A DNA stretch of 63,880 bases, counting the filler, from Octopus bimaculoides (Eukaryota): the NCBI RefSeq assembly GCF_001194135.2. It is 7 parts of 7 records of this genome, joined end to end, with 100 filler letters (N's around TTAATTAATTAA, not from the genome) between each part and the next. Parts side by side here need not be neighbours in the genome. Positions count along the whole stretch, not along the records: positions 44,330 to 53,040 come from NC_069003.1; positions 53,141 to 56,598 come from NW_026333436.1; positions 56,699 to 63,880 come from NC_068988.1; 4 more parts are not named here. One strand, written 5' to 3'. The translations under genes and the position numbers were made by a program. Of the stretch, positions 51,791 to 63,370 are shown piece after piece. Position 1 is the first letter of the stretch; every line of letters begins with the position of its first letter. The notes beneath the pieces are model-generated. The model was not told the origin of the DNA and made no database searches. It was given only the letters and a program-made list of their open reading frames with translations.

Positions 51791-52524
51791 TTAAAAAAGA
51801 AAACGCTTTGAAAAGTTCTTGCACTGAAAATAAATATAATATTTACCTTTTTTCAAGATGCTACCGGTTTCAATCGTTTTAAAAGTCGGTTTATTCATAC
51901 TGCAATAAATAAAATAGATCAAATTAAAAAAATTCATGATAACAGTTCTGGAAGTTCACTTGTTTTGTTTTGAGAGTTTTTGTTCGTTTGCTTGTTTGTT
52001 TGTTTTTGTTCCCTTTTTTTAAAAAAAATCCCATATGAACTCTTCTGATAAGAAGAATAGGTGACCGGAAAAATACAATGGCTTTTGAAGACTGCTAGAA
52101 GTTTCATGGAAAACAATTTTCTGTAAATGATTTGGCGAAGATTGACTATTGCTTCAAAATCGGAGGAAACCGTTGGGTAAGTGTTAACGACAAAAAGTAA
52201 ACATTTCCAATGAAAATATATTTTAAAATAAAATATTATGAATTAAATACTATTAATGCATTGACCGCTGCGAGAGACTTAGATTAACAGAACAGGAACG
52301 TCTGTTAATAGATTAAGACATGGGAATTAAATATAGAGTGTGTGATCGTCTCTAGTAAATGTTTAATCATTTAATCAGATGGTGGTATGATCTCCCGGTA
52401 TTTCAGAAAGTAATAGTTGATATGGCTATATTTAGCAAAGAACTCTGATTTGACCTATTAGTCTTAACCAGTAGTGTTTTGTCATATATGAACTTCTCGT
52501 GTGAAACTTCCTCATTATAGTGAA

Positions 52525-53040
52525 ATTGTTAGCATATTCCTTCTTCGTCACTGCTCAACTCATGGACACAAGCAACGATTTCTTTACCGAATTATTACTG
52601 GCGACGAAAAATGGTACCTGTACATCAATATGAAGCAGCGTAAGGAATGGCTTAGCCCCGTTAAACAAGTGACACCGCGCGTGAAACAAGATCTTCATCC
52701 GCGTAAAACGATTTTGTGCGTATAGTGGGACTGGGAAGAGATTATCCATTACCAATTGCTTGAACGAAACCAAACGGTCAACGCGGAACTCTATGTTCAG
52801 CAGATGGAACGACTCAACACGGCTATTCAAGAGACAAGGTCTAATCGGCAGCATGGAGTTCTTCTGATGCACGACAACGCCCGCCCTCATATCGCCAATA
52901 TGACCAAGGAAGCCATTCAAACGCATAGCTGGGAAGTACTGCCACACCCACCGTACTCTCCTGATTTGGCGCCAACGGATTTCCACCTCTTTCGATCTCT
53001 TTCAAATGCTATGCGTGGAGTTTCGTTCAATACTGATGCA
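52525..53040 (+). mobile_element. Mariner transposase catalytic domain (DD34D), one in-frame stop
   Basis: RIITGDEKW..CV*WDW..HDNARPH..HPPYSPDLAPTDFHLF in one frame; 34 residues between the second and third Asp. Confidence 0.95.
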
Positions 53041-53140
53041 NNNNNNNNNNNNNNNNNNNNNNNNNNNNNNNNNNNNNNNNNNNNTTAATTAATTAANNNN
53101 NNNNNNNNNNNNNNNNNNNNNNNNNNNNNNNNNNNNNNNN
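53041..53140. other. Artificial 100-bp join
   Basis: 44N-TTAATTAATTAA-44N. Confidence 0.9.
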
Positions 53141-53171
<31 letters not shown>

Positions 53172-53257
53172 AACGCACACATATATACATAATTTTATAT
53201 ATATACATATGTGTGTGTGTGTGTGTGTGCCTCTGTGCGTGTGTGTGTGTGACTCTG

Positions 53258-53647
53258 TGTGTGGTAAGAAGCTTGCTTCCCAACCACATGGTTCGGCTTC
53301 AGTCCCACTGCGTGGCACCTTGGGCAAGTGTCTTCTACTATAGCCTCGGCCCGACCAAAGCCTTGTGAGTGGATTTTGTTGACGAAAACTGAAAGAAACC
53401 TGTGGTGTATATATGTATATATATTTATATTTGTATGCCTTTGTGCCAGTGTTTGTCCCTCCACCATCGCTTGACAACCAATATTGATGTGTTTATGCCT
53501 TCGAAGTTTAGCTGTTCAGCAAAACAGGACGATGGAATAAATATTAGACTTACAAAGAATAAATCCTGGGGTCGATTTCTTCGATTAAAGGCGGCGCTCC
53601 AGCATAGCCGCAGTTAAATGAGTGAAACGTGTGAAAAAGTAAAAGTG

Positions 53648-53648
<1 letters not shown>
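53258..53648 (+). mobile_element. SINE family A, full length
   Basis: tRNA-like head, internal (TA/TG) simple repeat, conserved tail ending AAAAGTAAAAG. Confidence 0.9.
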
Positions 53649-53688
<40 letters not shown>

Positions 53689-54212
53689 NNNNNNNNNNNN
53701 NNNNNNNNNNNNNNNNNNNNNNNNNNNNNNNNNNNNNNNNNNNNNNNNNNNNNNNNNNNNNNNNNNNNNNNNNNNNNNNNNNNNNNNNNNNNNNNNNNNN
53801 NNNNNNNNNNNNNNNNNNNNNNNNNNNNNNNNNNNNNNNNNNNNNNNNNNNNNNNNNNNNNNNNNNNNNNNNNNNNNNNNNNNNNNNNNNNNNNNNNNNN
53901 NNNNNNNNNNNNNNNNNNNNNNNNNNNNNNNNNNNNNNNNNNNNNNNNNNNNNNNNNNNNNNNNNNNNNNNNNNNNNNNNNNNNNNNNNNNNNNNNNNNN
54001 NNNNNNNNNNNNNNNNNNNNNNNNNNNNNNNNNNNNNNNNNNNNNNNNNNNNNNNNNNNNNNNNNNNNNNNNNNNNNNNNNNNNNNNNNNNNNNNNNNNN
54101 NNNNNNNNNNNNNNNNNNNNNNNNNNNNNNNNNNNNNNNNNNNNNNNNNNNNNNNNNNNNNNNNNNNNNNNNNNNNNNNNNNNNNNNNNNNNNNNNNNNN
54201 NNNNNNNNNNNN

Positions 54213-54242
<30 letters not shown>

Positions 54243-54243
<1 letters not shown>

Positions 54244-54720
54244 AATAATATATCTCTGAGCGAGGTATAAACAGTAGCAGCACGACATCGTGAAGTATAT
54301 TTGCTACTTAAATGTGGCTAATTCTTAAGAGTGGTTGCTATTGTAGCTTGTAGCACCAGGAAGACGCCTCCTCCAGCTGGCTATTGACACACTTTCTGTG
54401 CCCTATCAGTATTTGCAAATGGAAGCCATCCTTCCTATCTCCAACCTGATGTGATACGTACGGACCCGATTTTCTGGGTATTGATCCGTCATCAGCGTGT
54501 GACAACCACCGGTTGGCGATGGGAAGTGGTTCTCAATGCAAATGTATATATATTTGTTCCAGTGACAAAAACTCACTGATCTCGAAAACGTGAGGGCACA
54601 GATAGTGTGTCAATAGCCAACTGGACGAGATGTCTTCCTGGGGTTAGCCACATTTAGGTGGCTAATATATTTCCCGATGTCGTGCGGCTAATGTTTATAC
54701 TTCACTCAGATTTATTATTG
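54243..54720. mobile_element. Foldback/MITE-like element with roughly 200-bp imperfect inverted arms
   Basis: 54251-54446 is inverted at 54511-54714 (e.g. TCTCTGAGCGAGGTATAAACAGTAGCAGCACGACATCG vs CGATGTCGTGCGGCTAATGTTTATACTTCACTCAGA); second copy at 63619. Confidence 0.8.
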
Positions 54721-54789
54721 CTTCCTTCCAACCACGTAGTTCCAGGCTAGATTGCTTCTAGTTCCGCAATTAATTTTACACTCTGTGGG

Positions 54790-56035
54790 GACCACGGTTG
54801 GGATCAGTAGTCCAGACGACTGAGGACAAAGGTTCTCCAAAGCAGAAGCATTGTGTCTCTGTTTCTGGTCCTAAAGGATCTAAGGATCCAACCAGCCACC
54901 CGCCTGCATAGTGTTGCCATCCGAGCAATGTGCACATGGGAAGTTGCGTCGTTGCTCATGTGGATTTCCAGGTCACGCACTGACTCTATCTCTGGGATTA
55001 CATTGTCTGCTGGCCCCGTGTACTTCAGCTGTAGTTTGTTTGTGGGCTGATAGCGGAGTGCTTGTAATTTTGCGCCATTAAGCTGCATATTATTCTCCTC
55101 TGCCCATTTATATATTGCGTTCAGGTCATTCTGCAGTCTTAGGTTGTCAGTGGGATCCTTGACCGCCTGTGATACTTTTGTGGTGAGTGTGGCTGACTAT
55201 ATGGCTGAGGGCATGGCCGAGAGAGCAACCACAAACAGTAGTGGACCCAGCACTGTTCCCTGGGGGATTCCACTGACGATTGGTGTCACTTCAGAGAGAG
55301 CAGCATTTGCTGTGGCAGCCTGATTTCTGCCCCTTAGGAAATCATGCAGCCACTCTCCCAGTCTACCAGCGAAACCAAGGTCATGCAATTTGTGACATAG
55401 CATCCCATGATCTACTTTGTGAAACGCCTTGGCAAAGTCAAGATATATCACATCCACATTTGAATGGTTGAGCTGTTGTTTTAGTATTCAGTCGAAGTGC
55501 TGTAGTAGCTGTGTTAGGCAGCTCCGTCCAGGACGGAAACCGTATTTCGTGTCTATAAGCAAGTTATTTTCCTTTAGGAACGTGGTCAGTCTTTCTCTGA
55601 CATGATCTTGCTGACATATGAGGTCAGAGAGATAGGTCTGTAATTTATAACATCTGCTCTGCTTCCACTTTTGTGGACAGGGAAGATTATTCCTTCTTTT
55701 AACGTTTGAGGAAATGTACCGCATTCAAGGGAGCTCTGGAAAGGCATTTGCAGTGGTATTGCAAGAGCTTTCTTGCATATCTGTAACAGAATATCTGGGA
55801 GTCCATCGGGGCCTTTTGCAGAGTCTGGATTTATCTCGTCAATGGCGGACAATGCATCCTCTTCTGTAATGTCAATGTAATTGATGGTCGCCTTTCTAGG
55901 TTAGAGGTGTTGAAGAACTCATCAGGTTTGCATATTTTCATGTTTTCTAGTGGGGAGGTAAAAACACCTTGGAATTGTTTATTGAGTGCTTCACTTATCC
56001 TCTTGGGGTCTGATGTCAGTGAGCCCTTTACATCA
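54790..56035 (-). mobile_element. CR1/Jockey-group LINE ORF2 RT region, degraded
   Basis: KGPDGLP..NYRPISLTS..YGFRPGRSCLTQLL..DVIYLDFAKAFHKVDH..SGIPQGTVLGPLLF..LQNDLNAIYKWAEENNMQLNGAK. Confidence 0.9.
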
Positions 56036-56040
56036 AAATA

Positions 56041-56053
56041 CTTATATATACAT

Positions 56054-56102
<49 letters not shown>

Positions 56103-56189
56103 CACAGATATATATACGTACATACATATATATACACACATATATATATGTATATATATATATATATATATATACACGCATATATATAT

Positions 56190-56266
<77 letters not shown>

Positions 56267-56390
56267 CGTATACATAGATATATATATATACGTATATATA
56301 AATAAATAAATATATATATATATATTTACGCATATATATACTCATGTATATGTACATATATATATATAATATATATATATATGTATACTT
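56041..56390. repeat. Degenerate (TA)n/(TACA)n tract
   Basis: Simple repeat truncating the LINE. Confidence 0.9.
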
Positions 56391-56598
56391 ACATACTGCG
56401 CGGTGCACAAGTAGGTATAGAGTTATGAAAAAAAAATATACGTCCAAAACTCATTTTAAAATAATTAAAAGTTGCAGTAAAAGTATTATTGTAGTAATCA
56501 TAAATGTGTCTTTGAAAACACAAAAATGAGGGTAACTTTTAATATTTTTGATAACAAAAATAAATGCGTATTGTACCTGTTTTCTTTTTTCATAATTG

Positions 56599-56698
56599 NN
56601 NNNNNNNNNNNNNNNNNNNNNNNNNNNNNNNNNNNNNNNNNNTTAATTAATTAANNNNNNNNNNNNNNNNNNNNNNNNNNNNNNNNNNNNNNNNNNNN
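56599..56698. other. Artificial 100-bp join
   Basis: 44N-TTAATTAATTAA-44N. Confidence 0.9.
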
Positions 56699-56956
56699 TT
56701 GGACTGGCTCTTGTGCGGGTGGCACATAAAAGACACCATTTCGAGCGTGGCCGTTTTCGTGCGGGTGACACGTAAAAGCACCCACTACACTCTCTGAGTG
56801 GTTGGCGTTAGGAAGGGCATCCAGCTGTAGAAACTCTGCCAAATTAGATTGGAGCCTGGTGTTGCCATCCGGTTTCACCAGTCCTCAGTCAAATCGTCCA
56901 ACCCATGCTAGCATGGAAAGCGGACGTTAAACGATGATGATGATGATGATGATGAT
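56699..56956 (+). mobile_element. SINE family E body and tail with (GAT)n end
   Basis: GGCGTTAGGAAGGGCATCCAGCTGTAGAAAC..CCAACCCATGCTAGCATGGAAAGCGGACGTTAAACGATGATG; tail also at 59145-59192. Confidence 0.75.
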
Positions 56957-57171
56957 AGTAGTAAATCATACCAGCCAATGGTCGTATGAGCCTGACTGTT
57001 GAAAGTTAAACCTTACGATATACATAGTGTAACACCAATACCAATAATAATGACAAAATATATGAATTGTTAACATCTCAACTTGTTGTCTGCTGATTTT
57101 TAACTTAATAACTCATGCTAAAATTATAACGGAGAAATGATTGAAAGACAGAAAGAAAGAAGTATATTTAC

Positions 57172-57223
57172 ATTTTCCTTTGCTTTATATTTCAGTTTGT
57201 AGGACTGACCAGAAGATGTGAGG
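57172..57223 (-). CDS. SERINC: SERINC-family gene, exon 3 of 3 visible (start of cytoplasmic loop)
   Basis: Strong acceptor TTTCTTTTCTTTCACCTTCTCAG; C+LTSSGQSYKLKYKAKEN; donor AAT|GTAAAT. Completes the AG|C Ser codon from the previous exon and parallels SERINC LYSSIRTS..SQV.KL. Confidence 0.75.
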
Positions 57224-57380
57224 CTGAGAAGGTGAAAGAAAAGAAACTTAACCACTTGTATTACATTACACAACATTTTTTTTCCATGCAAGCATTCAAA
57301 AACAGATGTTAAACAAATGTAAAGAGAGTTATTCTAAAACAATGTTCTTCAACCCAAACAGACAACAAATTCAGGCTAAT

Positions 57381-57415
<35 letters not shown>

Positions 57416-57418
<3 letters not shown>

Positions 57419-57860
57419 CCCTGATGCAGTACTAGGCAGTGGCTCTCATTGCTTCTGATCTTAACTGGTTGGAAGTGTTAATGCGTTTTGTCTTGATGTA
57501 AAAGATGGGCTACAGCAAATATTCTACTCAATACCACATGTTTGCTTGTTAGTTGCTTGACCTTAACCAGCTGAGCATGATCCTTAGAGATTGATGATAT
57601 GTGCATCTCTTATCACAAGCAGGAGTAGTAGGGGAGCATCATACCCATGTGTTGAGAGGGAATCCTTTGGGGTTTGAATAATTTACCTCTGAAAACATGG
57701 CTGCCTTATTCATCATACTTAAACAAACCTTATTCAGGAACCTTTTGAGTGGGATGGGCTACTCGACTTGAAGAAAATTCTAACTGGGCCCCACCTACAA
57801 GGTCATGCACTGTCTATCTTGATGGTATGCACTGCTCTCTCACTCAATAATAATAATTAT
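57416..57860. mobile_element. Unclassified repeat flanked by (TAA)n on both sides
   Basis: Partial second copy at 47660-47860; no ORF recognised. Confidence 0.55.
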
Positions 57861-59144
57861 AATTATAAAAAATATATCTCTTCTAAACCGATTATTGATA
57901 ATGTAATGAAATGAAATGGTTTCCTAATAACCAAGAATGTATATCATTGTTGTATGAAAAAACCAATAATCAAAGACAACCCAGCCATAATCATCCAGTC
58001 CTCTATTCAGACATACTGTACCTAGTATATCATCCATTATCCAATATATCCTTCCCTTTTTAAGATAGCAGAGAGTAGTTTGAAGAAGATTTGACCATTG
58101 TTTCTAACAGAAAGAACAACCACATAGTAGCACTTTCATTGGCTCATATCTGAAAAGGACTTTGAAATTCCATGGCTCAATTCTATGTTTACAATGTTGA
58201 ACAGATGAGAGACAGTAACCCTCCCCTGGATAGCAAAACTAGTTATATCACATTTAGCATTCTCAGATGAGCTGCTGTTCATTCTTGAGACTTAACAGGT
58301 AAAGTTAAGTGTTCTATTCAAAACACAAAACAAAATGCATGCAATGGGTTTGAAATTGAGGCCCAAGAATTTATGTAAAGATACAGACACATTTATATAT
58401 GTTTTGTTTCACTGCAAAATGAGGTAATGAGAGATTTTTCCAGCAGTTTCAGATGAGAACTGAGTTAATCAGTTCAATTGTTATTTAATTATTCAACAAA
58501 ATTCTCTCACAACTCAACTCTAAAATGTTGATGATAGTTATGGAATGCTATTTAACTAAAATGAAAGCAAAATTTGTAGCTGACGCAGTTTGTTTACATA
58601 AGAATACATAGTTAATGGACAGACATTCATAACCCACACCGAACTGGTACTACGACACCAGTACAGTGGTTTGTGAATGTGTAAATAAATACAAGGACTC
58701 AATAAATTTTTCATTACTCTCAGTATTAAGTTCACCCAACAATAAACAATCCATTGTGATTCATAAACTAACTTTAAAATAATCTTTTTATATTGACATA
58801 ATGTTTCGCTGGAAAATTAGGTCTGCAGTGACCTTTTTAGCATGACAGCATAGGCTGAGATTCAAACGAATTAATTCTGTTGTTATTTAACAAGTCATCA
58901 GGATCTGCTTAATCTAATACCATGTTTAACCATGTATCTCCTCTGCAGCAAGATACCTGTGTCCCTTTTTCCTACTTAAACCTTTCTACAACTGGCATAA
59001 AACCACTTCTCTTCATTATATATTCCCACTCACTCAAGAGATCTAGTCTTATGAATTATTTGGTGACCTTACTGGTCACAAAGAAAACATGCCAAAGCAG
59101 ACAATGGAGGCCAACACAATTCTCAGGATAGTTGGGTCCTGTTA

Positions 59145-59192
59145 AACTGTCCAACCCATGCCAGCATGGAATATAGACGTTAAATGATGATG
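59145..59192 (+). mobile_element. SINE family E tail fragment
   Basis: GTCCAACCCATGCCAGCATGGAATATAGACGTTAAATGATGATG. Confidence 0.65.
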
Positions 59193-59896
59193 AATACATT
59201 ATCTAGTGTCTGATAGATACCAGATCAAACCCATACTCTTGACACATATAAAACAATGTCATTGATAGACGAGACATGTTAAACAGGTGTATACTGCTTA
59301 TTGCAATTTTCTATAATTACTAAGTAGACATTATAGCGTTATGGGAGATGTAACACTGTTAGTAGGTTAAGTTAGTTAATGTATGGAAGGTGGATGGAAC
59401 TATGTCAACGTAGATGACTGAAAGTGCGTTCGTGGGTGTATTGTATAGATGAAGAGACATGTGTGCATATGCGAAAATATTTATGCAGTGGGAAGCATGT
59501 ATTAAGTAGAGATTTCATAGGCAAAAAATAAAACAGATACAAAATATAATACAAACAATCATAACAGATAGAAAAGAATGCATCACAACCAGACAATCAC
59601 AACAACAAACATTCAACTATCACACAACCGTTAATCACAACCATCACACAACCGTTAATACAAAAACGAAACCTACAACAGTCAGAACAACAAATATTAG
59701 AACCATCATTACAGCTGCTATCACTGTGACAACAAACACTACCATCACTATCATCACCACAACAATCATCACAATGAAAACTGTTATGACAACAACTACC
59801 AATGCTTCTAGAGCAACAACAAACACTAACAACAATCATAACAAGACCAAGGAAACTCACCCAACCAGAATTCTAAATCAACAAAGCGGAACTGAC

Positions 59897-60074
59897 CTGG
59901 AATAAAGGGCTAGGGCAATCATAAGCACCAATCCACCATAGGCCGATATATCGTCACTGATTACAGGGATAGGACGGCACCTGTACAACAATGTATCATT
60001 AACAGCCGCAATGTCTGAGCTGGACATGACTTTACTGAAGGAATTCTTGGGAAGAATTGTGTCAGACAGGGATA
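59897..60074 (-). CDS. SERINC: SERINC-family gene, exon 2 of 3 visible (extracellular loop and TM helix)
   Basis: TTTTGTTTTGCAG acceptor, CAG|GTCAGT donor, 178 nt: (V)SLSDTILPKNSFSKVMSSSDIAAVNDTLLYRCRPIPVISDDISAYGGLVLMIALALYS(S); phases match both neighbours. Confidence 0.88.
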
Positions 60075-60085
60075 CTGCAAAACAA

Positions 60086-60120
<35 letters not shown>

Positions 60121-60164
60121 TATGATGATGTTGATGATTCCTGTCTTCGATAATAATAAAAATT

Positions 60165-60342
60165 TCTGATTAATAAAATTAGGTTTCAAATTTTGGTACA
60201 AGGCCAGCAATTTCAGGTGTGGGGGATAAGTCAATTACATCAACCCCAGGGTTCAACTGGTACTTATTCTATTGACCAGAAAGAATGAAAGGCAAAGCCA
60301 ACATCAGTAGAATTTGAACTCAGAATGTGAAGGTAGATGAAA
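60165..60342 (-). mobile_element. SINE family B, CpG-decayed, head missing
   Basis: GGCAAAGCCAACATCAGTAGAATTTGAACTCAGAATG vs GGCAAAGTCGACCTCGGTGGAATTTGAACTCAGAACG from the 43369 copy. Confidence 0.75.
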
Positions 60343-60546
60343 ACAGGAAAAATAATCCAGAATCCTTGTCCAGTACCAGATTGATCCCCAAATCTAATCA
60401 GTTCATGCCAGTCATGAAGCCAAACATCCCTGAAAGTTTCATCCAAATTCATCCAGTGGTTCTTGAAATATGCTGTCCACAGACAAACAAACAAACAAAC
60501 ATAACTAGAAATAATAGCTCCACCTTTGCTAAGGCAGAGGTAATAA
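60343..60546 (+). mobile_element. Helitron/Helentron-like non-autonomous element end
   Basis: AAGTTTCATCCAAATTCATCCAGTGGTTCTTGAAATATG..(ACAA)n..imperfect terminal hairpin CTCCACCTTTGCTAAGGCAGAG then GTAATAAT. Confidence 0.5.
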
Positions 60547-60575
60547 TAATTTACCAAGGCAGGACCAGGCTACAG

Positions 60576-61546
60576 CAGGGATTCTCAACCATTTTTTATC
60601 TATGGACCTTCATAGCCATCCGATGTTGAAAAACTAGTTTTATAGAGACTTCTTTCAAAATTCCTATTTTGCTTTTCATACATTAACTTCTGTGGCTTGA
60701 ACTATGTAAAATGCTAGAGAAAGAAGCCAATCTGTTTCTTGCACTATATACCATTACATATCTAATGGATAATGCATATGTTGGAAGATGATGATGTTGA
60801 TTCCATGAAAGAAAGACAATGGCCAAAGTTGTAGATATCATATTTATTTCTCCATTACATATAATTAAAGCCAAACCACGACGGGCAGGCATGCATAAAA
60901 ACCGTCAGATAGCATACGAGGTAATGAGAGTTATATTTTCTTGTAGAAGGGTAGATAGCATTGGACCTACTTATTCCCTGTTGTTCTAGCAGCCGTAACT
61001 AAATAGTTCAAGTCAAAACAAAAGTGAATGAACGAGGAAGTAAGAGAGGGGTGGACAGGACAACTGTATTGTTGATGAATTCCATAGCTGTTCCACTATG
61101 ACATTCTGTTGAGACAGTATTTCGAACCAGTCAGCCTGCTCTCTGTCTGTTGTTTCTCCAAATGATTGTATTTATAACCATATACACAGCAGCTATATGG
61201 ATGTGCATACCATTGAGAACAAGATGTGGGTCAATGTAGGCCGGCTGTTATTGTCTGTAAACTTTCTATGATACTCATGGTTCACAGGTCAAGAGGGAAA
61301 TACATTAATCATGGTTCCCTTATTGACAGAACAATAGGTGGAATGGTGAGAGGGAACTTTTGATTCGATTTTGAATCTCAGCCAGGAAGAGAAATTCACT
61401 TTCTACACATACATCTAAAGCAAAATTTTTTCAGAGGCCCTTAAAATACGATTGTCGAACCCCAGTTTACTATTTTGCTTATGTGGATCCGCCAAAATCT
61501 TATATGGAACCCCAGGGGCCATACGGACCCTGGTTGACAACCACTG
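60576..61546. mobile_element. Old non-autonomous hAT (Charlie-like) element
   Basis: TIRs CAGGGATTCTCAACC / GGTTGACAACCACTG (12 of 15 match); flanks GGCTACAG / TTCTACAA fit a decayed 8-bp TSD. Confidence 0.5.
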
Positions 61547-62094
61547 TTCTACAAGATGAGTGGTGCACAAAGACATTCATTCCTTTGGGGGATAAACAAG
61601 TCCCAGTTGTTGGCCATGGATGACTTTTTCAAGGGGTTTTATAACTGGCCTTATCCGGCCAAAATATTCTACCCGTTTTATGTTCAAACTGATCAGATCT
61701 GGCTGCTGCCATCTACCCTATAACTTCACTCTAGAGGTAGACAGTCACATCATCAAAATCTCAAGGCTATTAGATAATGCATGATTAATTCAAAACAATT
61801 GAATAAATAAGTATTACATTTGAAAGAATAACCTGAATGCTAAATGGGCTAAAAGTTTGTGGGACTTGTGTTATGTGATGTATGTGAGGATACATAGCTA
61901 GAGGAATGGCTTTGGTCACACACGGAGTTGAAAAACATAATTGCTGTCATGCACAGTAAGCATAAAACTATTAGAGCATTGATTGATGGACTTACATAAC
62001 CCAAAACTTAGCGCTTGCTTTACACACCTTACCTGAGTATTTGTTACTTTATGAGGCATAAAAACAATGGAGACCAAACAAAAACATTACCTAC

Positions 62095-62190
62095 CATCAG
62101 TTGGAGGTTCACTGGATAAAGCTGTCCATGTCAGGAAGATGACGTATAGAGTTATAACGGAAGACTGCAGGATTCCGGCATTATGGTTTC
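62095..62190 (-). CDS. SERINC: SERINC-family (serine incorporator/TMS1) gene, exon 1 of 3 visible
   Basis: TCTGTCTCTACTTTTAG acceptor, ATG|GTAGGT donor, 96 nt: xNHNAGILQSSVITLYVIFLTWTALSSEPPTD, matching the SERINC signature SGLLQSSVITLY.MYLTWSAMS.EP; paralogue uncertain. Confidence 0.92.
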
Positions 62191-62475
62191 CTAAAAGTAG
62201 AGACAGAAACCAATAACCAGTGACTCAGAAACTCCTTTTCTTACACTTTTTATCTAATGTTATCAGTTTGCAGGTCATCAACTAACATGCAGTCAAGCTA
62301 TGTGTCACAGACAAACTTGCAGTCATTTCTATGCCACTAACCCACTCATAGTTAACCTAGATGACATCAAACTTCAGTCTACTTGTTATGAGCTTTCATA
62401 CAGTCAACTAATAGGTTATCAGTCAATATATTGTCAGTTTATATATATATAAACATACATACATACATATATATA

Positions 62476-62512
<37 letters not shown>

Positions 62513-63370
62513 NNNNNNNNNNNNNNNNNNNNNNNNNNNNNNNNNNNNNNNNNNNNNNNNNNNNNNNNNNNNNNNNNNNNNNNNNNNNNNNNNNNNNNNN
62601 NNNNNNNNNNNNNNNNNNNNNNNNNNNNNNNNNNNNNNNNNNNNNNNNNNNNNNNNNNNNNNNNNNNNNNNNNNNNNNNNNNNNNNNNNNNNNNNNNNNN
62701 NNNNNNNNNNNNNNNNNNNNNNNNNNNNNNNNNNNNNNNNNNNNNNNNNNNNNNNNNNNNNNNNNNNNNNNNNNNNNNNNNNNNNNNNNNNNNNNNNNNN
62801 NNNNNNNNNNNNNNNNNNNNNNNNNNNNNNNNNNNNNNNNNNNNNNNNNNNNNNNNNNNNNNNNNNNNNNNNNNNNNNNNNNNNNNNNNNNNNNNNNNNN
62901 NNNNNNNNNNNNNNNNNNNNNNNNNNNNNNNNNNNNNNNNNNNNNNNNNNNNNNNNNNNNNNNNNNNNNNNNNNNNNNNNNNNNNNNNNNNNNNNNNNNN
63001 NNNNNNNNNNNNNNNNNNNNNNNNNNNNNNNNNNNNNNNNNNNNNNNNNNNNNNNNNNNNNNNNNNNNNNNNNNNNNNNNNNNNNNNNNNNNNNNNNNNN
63101 NNNNNNNNNNNNNNNNNNNNNNNNNNNNNNNNNNNNNNNNNNNNNNNNNNNNNNNNNNNNNNNNNNNNNNNNNNNNNNNNNNNNNNTATATATGTATATA
63201 TACGGCAATAAGAAAATGGAGGGGATCAAGAGGTGGTATTCATCAACTTTTAGACATTATATTATGTCTATTTATTAAAAAAAAAAACAATTATAACAAT
63301 ATACATACATGTATAACATATTATGCTTTATATTATTAAAATATATAACGTAGAACATAGAAAGTAGAAT

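Noticed and set aside
57196-57231. Plus-strand mini-exon FVGLTRRCEAEK
   Set aside because: The minus-strand reading has a much stronger acceptor, matching phase and SERINC similarity.
59068-59138. Extra minus-strand exon PNYPENCVGLHCLLWHVFFVT ending at GTAAG
   Set aside because: Its acceptor lies in a SINE tail without a pyrimidine tract, and the flanking SERINC exons already join in phase.
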